Of a DNA stretch of 64,000 nucleotides, positions 18,827 to 28,454 are shown one piece after another. Every line of letters begins with the position of its first letter. Position 1 is the first letter of the stretch. The notes beneath the pieces were generated by a model, which saw nothing but the letters and a program-made list of their open reading frames with translations, had not been told where the DNA came from and made no database searches. Both the position numbers and the translations under genes were made by a program. The stretch is taken from positions 1 through 64,000 of the IMG/VR virus record IMGVR_UViG_3300025921_000002; one strand, given 5' to 3'. The stretch comes from a virus.

Positions 18827-19095
18827 TAAAGCTAATTTTATTATGGCTCGTAGCTGGATTGCTAATGTCCATATTCAGTTGTAAGAAACAGAATGCTTGC
18901 GAGGTTGGCGACACCTGCTTGGTCAAGAAGCATATTTTCAATGATGGCGCTTATCAGCCACATTCATCATTAAAGGCTTTAAAAATCAACAAAAAATATA
19001 CCGAGTTGTGGGGTAAGACCTATTTAGATTGTTCTGATAGCCGGGACACCATTTGGAATTTTCCGCAGGAAGATTTATACAAAGTTGGAGAATGA
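18823..19095 (+). CDS. Putative lipoprotein
   Basis: Hydrophobic signal followed by the Bacteroidota-type lipobox IFS-C-KK. Confidence 0.55.
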   Translation: MIKLILLWLVAGLLMSIFSCKKQNACEVGDTCLVKKHIFNDGAYQPHSSLKALKINKKYTELWGKTYLDCSDSRDTIWNFPQEDLYKVGE

Positions 19096-19234
19096 GGAAT
19101 CAACAGGCAAGACTTAACTTTTTAATCCGGGAACGAGAAATCGTTTTAAGGGATAACCCTCAATTAAAAGACACACCCATAGTAATAATACATGATATGA
19201 GAATAGAAGCATTGGAAAGGTTCTTGGGGCTAAG

Positions 19235-20212
19235 ATGAGAAAGAAAATACTTTATTACCCGTTGGAGAAACGTGATTCGACCTCGTGGTGGCGGGTAGTG
19301 GGAATACTACCATTCATTTATCACGAAGATATTGATTTATGCGATATATCTGACACCAAAATATTTGATTGGACGGTTTTTTCAGGCGCTTCTGCATTAC
19401 TAATTCAGCGTCCATTTGCCCAAGACCATTTAACGGTCATTATGGGTGCTAAAAATTCAGGATTAAAAATAATTACTGACTATGACGATGATTTAACGTG
19501 TGTAGATATGTTCAACCCCACGCATCAACTTTATCAGCAATTTCAAAATACTTTAAAAGAATGTTTAAAGCTGTCAGATGAGGTTTGGGTTTCTACACAG
19601 GCTATTTTTGATAGCTACAAACAGTACAATTCTAATATACATATAATTCCTAATGCCCACAATGATTATTTTATGCCAGTTAGCAAAAAAAGGGCATTTA
19701 ATATGGATTCAAGGAAGGTTTTTTGGCGTGGAGGAATGTCACATTCGGCAGATGTGCTTGAAAAAGCCGATGAATTAATTAAAATTATTAATGAAAACCC
19801 TAACTGGGATTTTAATTTTTGTGGAAGCCGTTTTGAATATATTGAAATGCGTACAGGGGATAATCACAACATAGTTCAATATATGAGTATGTTAGAGTTT
19901 TTCAGGTATTTTAATAGTGAAAATCCCAACATTACTATTTTCCCATTAAGAACAACCCCGTTTAATAGGGCAAAAAGTAATATAAGCTGGATGGAGGCGA
20001 CTTACGCAGGCTCTTCGTTTTTTGGAAATACCGATTTACCTGAATTTAATCAAAGTGGCGTATACCCAATATCAACACTCCCCGATTATGTAGGCAAAGA
20101 CAGGCATGAAGCATTAGCTTATGCTAATAAAATTTCATGGGAACTTATTTGCGATACGCTTTTACTTTCCAACATAAACAAAATAAGACTGAACCGCCTA
20201 TTGGAGATATGA
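19235..20212 (+). CDS. GT-B (GT4-like) glycosyltransferase
   Basis: IQRP, DYDDD, D.VWVST, IPNA, W.GG.SH..D and PL...FNRAKSNI.W.E..YAG motifs. Confidence 0.85.
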   Translation: MRKKILYYPLEKRDSTSWWRVVGILPFIYHEDIDLCDISDTKIFDWTVFSGASALLIQRPFAQDHLTVIMGAKNSGLKIITDYDDDLTCVDMFNPTHQLYQQFQNTLKECLKLSDEVWVSTQAIFDSYKQYNSNIHIIPNAHNDYFMPVSKKRAFNMDSRKVFWRGGMSHSADVLEKADELIKIINENPNWDFNFCGSRFEYIEMRTGDNHNIVQYMSMLEFFRYFNSENPNITIFPLRTTPFNRAKSNISWMEATYAGSSFFGNTDLPEFNQSGVYPISTLPDYVGKDRHEALAYANKISWELICDTLLLSNINKIRLNRLLEI

Positions 20213-20775
20213 GAGATAAGGCTACCCGTGAACGGATTGAAAGACTCAAGCAGGAGATTTTAGATTTAAAGGCGGAAGTTAAACGTTTAAAAACAAAGCC
20301 ACACGGCCGCCCACGTAAGCCTGTTAAAGAAATAAGGCTAACCAAGAGCTTATCAACGTTGAAGCGAAAGATAAAAGAAGTACGGGAGCGTAAACCCCTT
20401 AAAATAGTCAAAGAGGTAGTTACCGATGCAAAGCTAATAGCTGACCTTAAAAAAGCAGAGCAGAAACTTGAAAATCAAGAAAAGTTCTATAAGTCACGAG
20501 AAACAGAAATAGCTTGGAAAGCCGTAAAAGCATGGGAGAGATTAGCAGAGCAAAAAATCACTACATTTGATGAACTGCGCCTGCTGAACATGGAAGGTAA
20601 CTTTTGGCTGCGTGACATAGGCATAAAAAGAGCGCAGTATTTAAAGTTTGCCAAGCCCTATTTGGAAGCTAACTATTTGAAGAAAAACGAAAAGGGTGGC
20701 AGTTATTACGTCACCTACTTTGGTAAGGAAAGATTACAGGAAATAATGAACCATATTTATAATGAAAGCATCTAA
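20209..20775 (+). CDS. Basic coiled-coil protein with an AT-hook (GRPRK) and a wHTH-like C-terminus (probable start 20209)
   Basis: Sequence motifs; ATGA overlap with the upstream gene. Confidence 0.55.
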   Translation: MRDKATRERIERLKQEILDLKAEVKRLKTKPHGRPRKPVKEIRLTKSLSTLKRKIKEVRERKPLKIVKEVVTDAKLIADLKKAEQKLENQEKFYKSRETEIAWKAVKAWERLAEQKITTFDELRLLNMEGNFWLRDIGIKRAQYLKFAKPYLEANYLKKNEKGGSYYVTYFGKERLQEIMNHIYNESI

Positions 20776-21505
20776 AGGCACATACATCCTGTCAATCATT
20801 GACCACAAGAGCGAGTACGACTTAGGTGGTGTTACTATTCAAATTGAAAAGCAATACGAAAACAACCTGCGGGAGCGCAACCCACAATTAGGAAAAGTTG
20901 AAGGACTACCCGATGATAACTGGTTGAGCCTTGAAATAGGCGATACCATAGCCGTAAACCACTTTACTTTTTACGGGGATATAGGAAAAGACAAAAGTTT
21001 CACCCTGAAAGACCATTTCGAAATAGACGAAGTAAAGTATTTCCCCGCAAAAGCAAACCAGATGTTTTTCAGGTATAATGACGGCATTCCCGAACCGTTT
21101 GACGAGTACGTGCTTTGTGACTACTTCGAGGACGAGTATGAGAAATTTGGCCTATACCTGACCAGAAAAGGCATACGATGCACCCACGGAGAATATGCCG
21201 GACAGGAGGTCTACTGTCTTAAACACTCTATGTATGCTATTGAACTGGACAAGAAAGTATTCTACAAAGTCAGGAAAGACGAAATAGTGATGGTAGGCGA
21301 AGAATTAAGACCGGGATGGAATATTGTTCAGCCCTATCCTGAAACGTTCGTAGACATCATTGGATGGACTCCACCGAATAACCACAGGGCTAAGTGTATA
21401 AAAGGCGATTACGAAGGACAGGATATACAAGTGTTCCGAGGGCAAGGCGTAGAATATGAAGATTACAGGATTATAGACGAAGAAATGATATGTTTTGAAC
21501 TATGA
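20762..21505 (+). CDS. GroES-like co-chaperonin-fold protein
   Basis: GKVEGLP....LEIGDTIAVNH pattern; position upstream of the terminase as in crAss-related phages. Confidence 0.5.
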   Translation: MKASKGTYILSIIDHKSEYDLGGVTIQIEKQYENNLRERNPQLGKVEGLPDDNWLSLEIGDTIAVNHFTFYGDIGKDKSFTLKDHFEIDEVKYFPAKANQMFFRYNDGIPEPFDEYVLCDYFEDEYEKFGLYLTRKGIRCTHGEYAGQEVYCLKHSMYAIELDKKVFYKVRKDEIVMVGEELRPGWNIVQPYPETFVDIIGWTPPNNHRAKCIKGDYEGQDIQVFRGQGVEYEDYRIIDEEMICFEL

Positions 21506-21912
21506 ACAGACCCGATTTAAAAAAAGCAGATAAATCCACTTTGGATTACATAGAATACCTTGAGGGGTGTTTGAATGGCGTTGACGAGCTTTCGTTAGCA
21601 CTTCAATACGCTACCCATATCTTAGCAGGTGACATTTACAAGCTATGCGATGGTACTGGTATTGAAATGAAAGAAACCGATGAGGGCGTAGAGTACATCA
21701 ACCACCTGTCAATCCTTAAGGGAAGCCCAAAAGACAAAACTTTTGACCAATTAATGGATGTTTTTACTAACTTCGGAAGTAAAATAATGGCTGTTAACAA
21801 AAATAACAAGCCACAAGCCCAAGAAAAAGGCAAAATAGGTGTAAAACCGGGAGGAAACCCGTTTGAACACGTTATAACCGAGGTAAAAAGGAATGGCAAT
21901 CCAAGAATTTGA
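21502..21912 (+). CDS. Possible terminase small subunit
   Basis: Position only (overlaps the TerL start). Confidence 0.35.
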   Translation: MNRPDLKKADKSTLDYIEYLEGCLNGVDELSLALQYATHILAGDIYKLCDGTGIEMKETDEGVEYINHLSILKGSPKDKTFDQLMDVFTNFGSKIMAVNKNNKPQAQEKGKIGVKPGGNPFEHVITEVKRNGNPRI

Positions 21913-23971
21913 TATTTATGAAGGGCTTATTTATAAAACGCCCGAAATCCCACCTATAGAATCAATTCGAGGCAGTCACTTACCTAAAGAAGACCAAGTT
22001 TGGTACAGGGACACCACCTATCTAAAATTCAATTGGAATGATAACCCCAAAAACGGCTCTGTTTGGTGGGAAGAACCCGAACCGGGTCAAATTGAATGGT
22101 ACTATGAAGAAATAAACCGAATCCTTAATGGCGAATGGATAATGATTAATGGCGTACCCACGTTCCTTAATCTATTCGCTTATTTTTACCATGCTTGGTT
22201 TGTTACGAAGGAAGGCGTATATCCTGAATACCGGGATACGTCACTATTGTTCTTTCGTTTTGTTGAATTGGTTTATGCCAACCCCAAATGCAGGGGTGGC
22301 AATACGATGAAGGGACGACGAAAAGGCGTTTCCACCATGTGCATGTCTATTATGCTTCAATTTGGTCTTATTAAGCAAAATACAGAACAGGGCATAACAT
22401 CTAAATCAGCCGTCGATGCCGAGAAAATTTTCAAGCTAATGCTTGTCAATGGCTATTCTAAATTGCCTAACTTTTTAAAGCCTCGTCTTAGCGGTAATGA
22501 TTTGCCTGTAAAGACCATGCACATAGTTAAACAGTCAGGCAAGGTTACAAAGGAAAGCCAAACAGGTGCAGAGAAAGAGGGACTAAATAATAAGATAGAA
22601 TGGAGAGCGCCGGGGCTAAACGTATTTGACGGTGACGGCTTATGGTGTTTGCTTCTGGATGAAATTTCCAAATGGGAAGACGTAAATTGCGATGAGTATT
22701 TAGAGATTGCATTGAATATAATCATTGCTGGAAGGAACATTGGAAGGATTATAGCCATTACGACTGTTAACAGGGGCGACAAGGGCGGAACGAGGTATAA
22801 GATAGTTTGGGATAACTCAAGTCAGCTTAAAACAGATGATTTGGGGCAGACTAACAATAAATTATTTCGCTTATTTATGCCGGGTTACATGGGTGGCCGT
22901 GAGGGCGGATGGATTGATAAATATGGTAATTCAGTTTGGGACACACCGACACCTGAACAAACGGAATGGTTAAAGAACGACCCGAACACACTTGACCCAT
23001 ATATCGGTTGTAAAGCCTATTGCGAACTACAACGAAAGTTAAAAGCTAACGACCCCGAAAAGCTACAGGAAGAAATACGAATGTTCCCCTTTAATCCAAA
23101 GGAAGTATTCGATAGCGCAAACAATCAATGTCATTTCAATACTACAGACTTAAATAACCAAAAGGAGCGTGTTTTAAGCCGTATAGAAGCAGCAAATCCA
23201 TACAGGATAGGATTATTCAAAAAAGATGACGCAAGCGGCAGAGTGGAGATAAGAGACTGTAAAGTAGACGACCCTAAAGGCTTCTATTGGTATTTCCTCG
23301 AAACGTTGGATAGGGATGAGTCAAATAAATGGGTTTGGCAGGGAGGGCAAAAAACCCCGAACAACACAGACTACGGTGCGGCAGGTGTCGATACGTTTTC
23401 TAATAGCGAAGCGACAGCCGAAAAAGGCTCTGATGCCGCAATAGTCATTCATAAAAGGTACAACGCTATCGAACCCGAAGAAAGTGGTATGCCCGTTGCT
23501 TTCGGAGTGGGTAGACCAAAGAATAAACTATTTTTCCACCAACAGTTATTTTGGGCTTTAGAGTACTACGGGATAAAAGCTCTTGTTGAACGTGCGCCTA
23601 CGGACTGGTTTGACTATGCAAAAGACAATAAACTTTTAGGCTACCTGATTAAGACAAACCTTAAACTCAATGGGCAGGAAGTTTACGGCATAGCCCCGCA
23701 AGATAAAGAGGGTAGAGAGCAGCATTTAACAGAAATGGTTGAATGGGCAGATAATAATATCGAGAAGCTATGGTTTTTACGCATCATAGAAGATATGTTT
23801 GAATTTAACGTAGATGAGCGAACGCTGTTTGATGGTTGCATGGCTTTTGGTTATGCACTAATGGGCTGTAAAGACAAATACAGGCGACCCGTTATCCCTG
23901 TTAACGAAGCACAAGTGGTAAGAATTTATAATTTACGTGAGAAATATGGAAAACCATCTTACGGGAGATAA
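21893..23971 (+). CDS. terL: Terminase large subunit
   Basis: Walker A KGRRKGVS, Walker B LLLDE, ITT coupling motif, RNase H-like GVDTF...SDAA and a C-terminal D..MAFG.AL. Confidence 0.92.
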   Translation: MAIQEFDIYEGLIYKTPEIPPIESIRGSHLPKEDQVWYRDTTYLKFNWNDNPKNGSVWWEEPEPGQIEWYYEEINRILNGEWIMINGVPTFLNLFAYFYHAWFVTKEGVYPEYRDTSLLFFRFVELVYANPKCRGGNTMKGRRKGVSTMCMSIMLQFGLIKQNTEQGITSKSAVDAEKIFKLMLVNGYSKLPNFLKPRLSGNDLPVKTMHIVKQSGKVTKESQTGAEKEGLNNKIEWRAPGLNVFDGDGLWCLLLDEISKWEDVNCDEYLEIALNIIIAGRNIGRIIAITTVNRGDKGGTRYKIVWDNSSQLKTDDLGQTNNKLFRLFMPGYMGGREGGWIDKYGNSVWDTPTPEQTEWLKNDPNTLDPYIGCKAYCELQRKLKANDPEKLQEEIRMFPFNPKEVFDSANNQCHFNTTDLNNQKERVLSRIEAANPYRIGLFKKDDASGRVEIRDCKVDDPKGFYWYFLETLDRDESNKWVWQGGQKTPNNTDYGAAGVDTFSNSEATAEKGSDAAIVIHKRYNAIEPEESGMPVAFGVGRPKNKLFFHQQLFWALEYYGIKALVERAPTDWFDYAKDNKLLGYLIKTNLKLNGQEVYGIAPQDKEGREQHLTEMVEWADNNIEKLWFLRIIEDMFEFNVDERTLFDGCMAFGYALMGCKDKYRRPVIPVNEAQVVRIYNLREKYGKPSYGR

Positions 23972-24029
23972 TATCGAAAAATTTTCATTATTACAAAAAG
24001 TTATATAGATTTATATCCAAAATAAAAAG

Positions 24030-26465
24030 ATGGTTGATAATGGCACTTACACCAGAGGACAGTTTCCGAGTCCTTTGTTGCCCCGAAAAGAAATGGATAA
24101 ACCCGAAACAGGTCGGGCAGTAGGAAGTGCTATCTATCAAACATCTGTTCTCGGGAGCAATAGTTACTACTTCATAAGAAACCAACAATTCGCAGAAAAT
24201 CGTGTTTTTGGAGCAGGTAAACAGCCATTTCAAACGTATCTTGACCTATTAGGAACAGACGGAAAAGTGTCCTACCTCAACCTGGACTTCCACCCGAGGC
24301 CAATAGCCCCCAAGTTTCGTGACATCCTAATCAACGACATCATGTCCCGTATGGAAAACGTGGACTGTACGGGTTTGTCGCTTGAAATACAGAAGCGCAA
24401 AGACATGAAAAAGACCGAAATGGCCTTTCAAATGGAGCATGGGGATTACTTACAGCAGATACAGCAAAGCGCAGGGGTACAATTAGCGCAAAAACAAGAC
24501 TTCATCCCCGAAAACGAGGAAGAACTGGAACTTTGGGACAACCTAAAACCTAAAGAAAAAGAAGAACAGCTAATGGAATGGGGTATAGACTTCATTCTTT
24601 ATAACAACGACTGGAACTCCATCAAAAAAGAAGTGACAGGTGACTTAGTTGACACAGGGTTAGGTGCGACACAGACTTACTTTGACGGGAGAAAAAGAAT
24701 AAGGGTAAAAAGAGTAAGGCCGGAATACATGGTTTACGGCACAACCAACACGCTGAACTTTAGAAACGTAGCTTACATAGGGCATTTAGAAAGGCTTTCG
24801 ATTACCGATGTGCGCTCTATGTACCCGAATACGCCTGAAAAAGACTTGTACAGGGCGGCTTACCAAAACCGGGGACTTTATGCCAACCCCGACCAACTAA
24901 CCGACTTTATTCAGGACTTTGAAATAGCCTACACCCGACCTTATGACAGTTGGCTCATAGATGTAATGTTCTATGAGTACAAAGTAATGAAAACTATCAA
25001 CTACGTCAAGGGAAAGGATAATAACGACAACCCAATTTTTGATCTGAACCGCAAAACAGACGGAAGCAACCCCAATAAAAAGACCTTTCAATTCCAAATA
25101 CCAACCATCTATAAAGGCGCATGGATGATTGGCTCTGACACGATGCTTGCGTGGGGCGAAATGGAAAACCTGATAAGAAGCCGGGAAGATGTTGAAGATG
25201 TAAAGTTCTCCTATTCGCTTTACATGCTCAACAACAACGGGGATATGTTGCCTACTTCTCCAATGGAAATGATGCGCTCAAGCATTGTGCAGATGGATTT
25301 GGCGATACTAAGGATGCAGAACGTTATAGCCTCAACCCCGCCTAACGGTATGAAGATGGACTTGGATGCCATTACCGAACTTGATTTGGGTAAAGGTATC
25401 GGTAAAGTCGGCCCACTCAAACTAAGGGAACTATGGATGCAGACAGGTGACGTTTACTACTCATCTTCTAAGATTTCAGGTGACAACGCCAACCGTAGTC
25501 CTATTGAGCAAAACATGAATGAGTTGGGGGATAAACTCAAACAGTACATCGAGGTATATAATTTTGAACTGAATTGTATTAGGGACTACTTAGGCATAAA
25601 CGAGGTAAAGGACGGCTCACAGGTCAACCCACGGATAGGGTTAGGGGTGATGCAAGGGCAACAAGCAGCCTCAAACTTGGCCACAGCACACATCTACGGC
25701 GGGTGGGTGTCACTGATGACCGACACCTGCGAAGCAGCGGCGATACTCTTTTGGGATGCACTCAATACCCCAGAAACCAATGATATGTACATTAGGTTGC
25801 TCGGTAAGCAAAATGCCGACTTCTTGCTGTATAACAAGGAACTAACAAGGTCTAACTACCTGACTAAGATAAGCGTTAATATGTCCACGCAGGACAGGAT
25901 GTGGCTCAATCAACAGATAGAAGTAGCATTGGCTCAAGGTAAGTTACAGTTAGAAGATGCTCTTATGGTCAATAAGTACGCAGCCTTTAACATTGAGTAC
26001 GCCATACGTTACCTTTCCTTCATGGAGAAAAAGCGTACCCAAATGGCACAGCGTCAGCAAATGCAGTTAGCGCAGCAGCAACAGCAGGCTACCCAAAGCC
26101 AAGCTGATTCTTTAATGCAACAAAAACAACAAGCAGAAATTGATAAAGATAAGAGAGATGCAGCTAAGATTGAAAAAGAAGCTATTAATGACCATAAATT
26201 ATTAATACAACAATTAATTAATGCTGCACTTTTAGAGCAGCAAAAAACCGGACAACCACTTCCGGATTATGTTCAATTAGCTATAAACGAACAGTTAAAA
26301 GGCAAAGTTTTAGAACAAGAGGCACAGATAGAAGCCCTTACTGACGCATTAGAAATACATGATTTACAAATGACGCAAAATATAATACAGCAACAAAGTC
26401 AACAGTCTCAATCACCGGAAGCAGTTAATCAACAACAGCAAGCGCCGGGGCAGCAAGCGGCTTAA
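24030..26465 (+). CDS. Portal protein (crAss-like)
   Basis: 811 aa after TerL; PKFRDILIN, IRDYLGINE..DG and a Gln-rich C-terminal coiled coil. Confidence 0.85.
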   Translation: MVDNGTYTRGQFPSPLLPRKEMDKPETGRAVGSAIYQTSVLGSNSYYFIRNQQFAENRVFGAGKQPFQTYLDLLGTDGKVSYLNLDFHPRPIAPKFRDILINDIMSRMENVDCTGLSLEIQKRKDMKKTEMAFQMEHGDYLQQIQQSAGVQLAQKQDFIPENEEELELWDNLKPKEKEEQLMEWGIDFILYNNDWNSIKKEVTGDLVDTGLGATQTYFDGRKRIRVKRVRPEYMVYGTTNTLNFRNVAYIGHLERLSITDVRSMYPNTPEKDLYRAAYQNRGLYANPDQLTDFIQDFEIAYTRPYDSWLIDVMFYEYKVMKTINYVKGKDNNDNPIFDLNRKTDGSNPNKKTFQFQIPTIYKGAWMIGSDTMLAWGEMENLIRSREDVEDVKFSYSLYMLNNNGDMLPTSPMEMMRSSIVQMDLAILRMQNVIASTPPNGMKMDLDAITELDLGKGIGKVGPLKLRELWMQTGDVYYSSSKISGDNANRSPIEQNMNELGDKLKQYIEVYNFELNCIRDYLGINEVKDGSQVNPRIGLGVMQGQQAASNLATAHIYGGWVSLMTDTCEAAAILFWDALNTPETNDMYIRLLGKQNADFLLYNKELTRSNYLTKISVNMSTQDRMWLNQQIEVALAQGKLQLEDALMVNKYAAFNIEYAIRYLSFMEKKRTQMAQRQQMQLAQQQQQATQSQADSLMQQKQQAEIDKDKRDAAKIEKEAINDHKLLIQQLINAALLEQQKTGQPLPDYVQLAINEQLKGKVLEQEAQIEALTDALEIHDLQMTQNIIQQQSQQSQSPEAVNQQQQAPGQQAA

Positions 26466-26970
26466 TTATATTTAAGTTTGCAAATTCTCCACGATACTTA
26501 ACCGCAGCGCTATTATATGCGAGAGCTGCTTTTTCTTCTATTTTAAATAACCCCAGATAAACATTTTTACCATCTATTCTAATTTGACTTCTCCAGCATG
26601 TGCTATTGGAAGATTTAAATTTGTAAACCCCCAAATATTGAGATGAAGAATTTCTCATGGATGTTCTATTTTGAGCGTTTTGAATGCGAGATGCTGCTCT
26701 CAAATTTTCAATCCTATCATTCCCGCAGTTTCTATCTATATGGTCGACGTTTTCAGGTAAGTAGCCGTAATGCCATAGGAAAATTATTCGGGAAGCAATA
26801 AACACTTTGCTATTTAAATATACTTTGCGCCTACGCTCGTGCCTTTTGGTGGAAAAATAACCCGCCTCATCACCGGGATTTTTCTTGTAATTACTACTTA
26901 TTATTTTCCAATAAAGGACTCCGTCTTTGTAATCAAATGTATTCCGTACCAGTTCTTGTGTAAGTTCCAT
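26425..26970 (-). mobile_element. HNH-AP2 homing endonuclease
   Basis: VDHIDRN..NDRIENLR.AS..QN..N and AP2 domain YLG.F..E..AA.AYN.AA....GEFA.LN. Confidence 0.92.
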
Positions 26971-26980
26971 AAAAATAAAA

Positions 26981-27063
26981 AAACCTATTAAGGGTTCAAC
27001 CGATTGCGCCAGTCTCCCCCAAATAGGGTTTTAATGTTTTTGATGCGGAGCGCAATTCCGAAT
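26981..27063 (-). ncRNA. HNH-leader pseudoknot RNA, copy 1
   Basis: CGGA-ATTGCGC-TCCG ... GGGGGAGA-ctg-GCGCAAT-cgg-TTGAACCC, downstream of TATATTTG (27078-27071). Confidence 0.7.
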
Positions 27064-27104
27064 TACAATTCAAATATAAGTAATATCCTACTAATTTGCA
27101 ATAG

Positions 27105-27287
27105 TTAACGTAAAGCCAAACTATGTCCATTAACAAACCAAAGTATAGCACCCAATATCACCAATAGGATAATAATGCCTTTAACAATGGTAGGAATAGG
27201 CCAAATATACCGCTCGAATACCCAAAGTATGAGTGCGACAACCCCTAAGAATATCAGTAAGTAAAGAAGTTGTACGAGGATTTGCAT
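27105..27287 (-). CDS. 60-aa two-TM membrane protein
   Basis: Two hydrophobic helices separated by YIWPIP. Confidence 0.7.
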   Translation of the reverse strand: MQILVQLLYLLIFLGVVALILWVFERYIWPIPTIVKGIIILLVILGAILWFVNGHSLALR

Positions 27288-27366
27288 GGTGTGATAACAA
27301 AAAATAATGTCAAAAGTTTGGACATTATTACTTTAAGTTATAGATTTATACAAAAATTGTCAAAAT

Positions 27367-28419
27367 ATGGCTTTGTCGCAACTTGAACAAGAATACTACA
27401 ACGACCTTTTAGCACCACCAATTGATGAAACAATACCACCCGCAGACGACACTCCGCCTGCCGATGATACCCCACCAGTTGACCCGCCAATAGATACTCC
27501 ACTTGCTGACGAAATACCGCCAGTCGATGAAGTTCCGCCCGTAGTAGTGACTCCACCAGTTGTTACACCGCCCGTAGATACGCCTTCGGTTTCAACCAAA
27601 AAATACATCCCTCTCGAAGATGAGAAAACCATCTACGACACTTTAGCTAAAAAGTACGGGCATGAAAGAATGAAACCCGAAGAAAAGGCTTTAGCTTTTA
27701 TAGCACAGCAAAATCCGGGTTTAGACGAAAACGAAATACTATTTATTGCGGCAAATGACTACGGTATAGGCGTTGACAAGATTAGCGACGAAGATTTAAC
27801 CGACGAACAGATATTAAACCTTAAAAAACAGGAAATATCCCGTAAAAAGCTAATGTACCAAGCCGACCAATTCTTTAAAGAAGAAGCCGGAAAGGTAGAA
27901 TTGCAGGGATATGACCCGCTTGACCTTGACCCTGACTATAAATCTTATCAGGAAAGGCAAATTCAGGCTCAAAAAGACGAAGAAGAACGCAGTAAGAAAT
28001 TTAACGAAATATTAAACGATATCCAAACTACCGCCTCATCATTAGCGGAACATACAGAAAAGGTTGAAGTTGACATCGACGAAAGCAAGTTGCCTTTTGA
28101 TTTAAACTTTAAACTGGACAAAACAAAACAAGATAAGCTGTCTGACTATGCACAACGGTATTCGCCGTCTGATGCAGAAGTTAGTCAATTCACAGACCCG
28201 AAAACAGGCAAGTTCGACTATAAGGGTTACCTGACTTATCTTATTCCATCTGTATTTGCCCGTGAATTACTAAAAGCAGGCGTCAAGCAAGGCATCACCA
28301 CAGACCGCGAAAAATTCATCGAAAAGGAACTCAAAAATTCCACGTTAAGGAATAATGAGGCTTCCAAAGTAGTGGATAAGGAGTTTGATTTGGTTGATGC
28401 GTGGACGTTTGGTAAATAA
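27367..28419 (+). CDS. Capsid scaffolding protein (acidic; PPADDTPP repeats at the N-terminus)
   Basis: Position between portal and MCP; acidic low-complexity N-terminus. Confidence 0.65.
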   Translation: MALSQLEQEYYNDLLAPPIDETIPPADDTPPADDTPPVDPPIDTPLADEIPPVDEVPPVVVTPPVVTPPVDTPSVSTKKYIPLEDEKTIYDTLAKKYGHERMKPEEKALAFIAQQNPGLDENEILFIAANDYGIGVDKISDEDLTDEQILNLKKQEISRKKLMYQADQFFKEEAGKVELQGYDPLDLDPDYKSYQERQIQAQKDEEERSKKFNEILNDIQTTASSLAEHTEKVEVDIDESKLPFDLNFKLDKTKQDKLSDYAQRYSPSDAEVSQFTDPKTGKFDYKGYLTYLIPSVFARELLKAGVKQGITTDREKFIEKELKNSTLRNNEASKVVDKEFDLVDAWTFGK

Positions 28420-28454
28420 TTAACAAAAAACGTCGAACTTAACAACTTAAAAAA

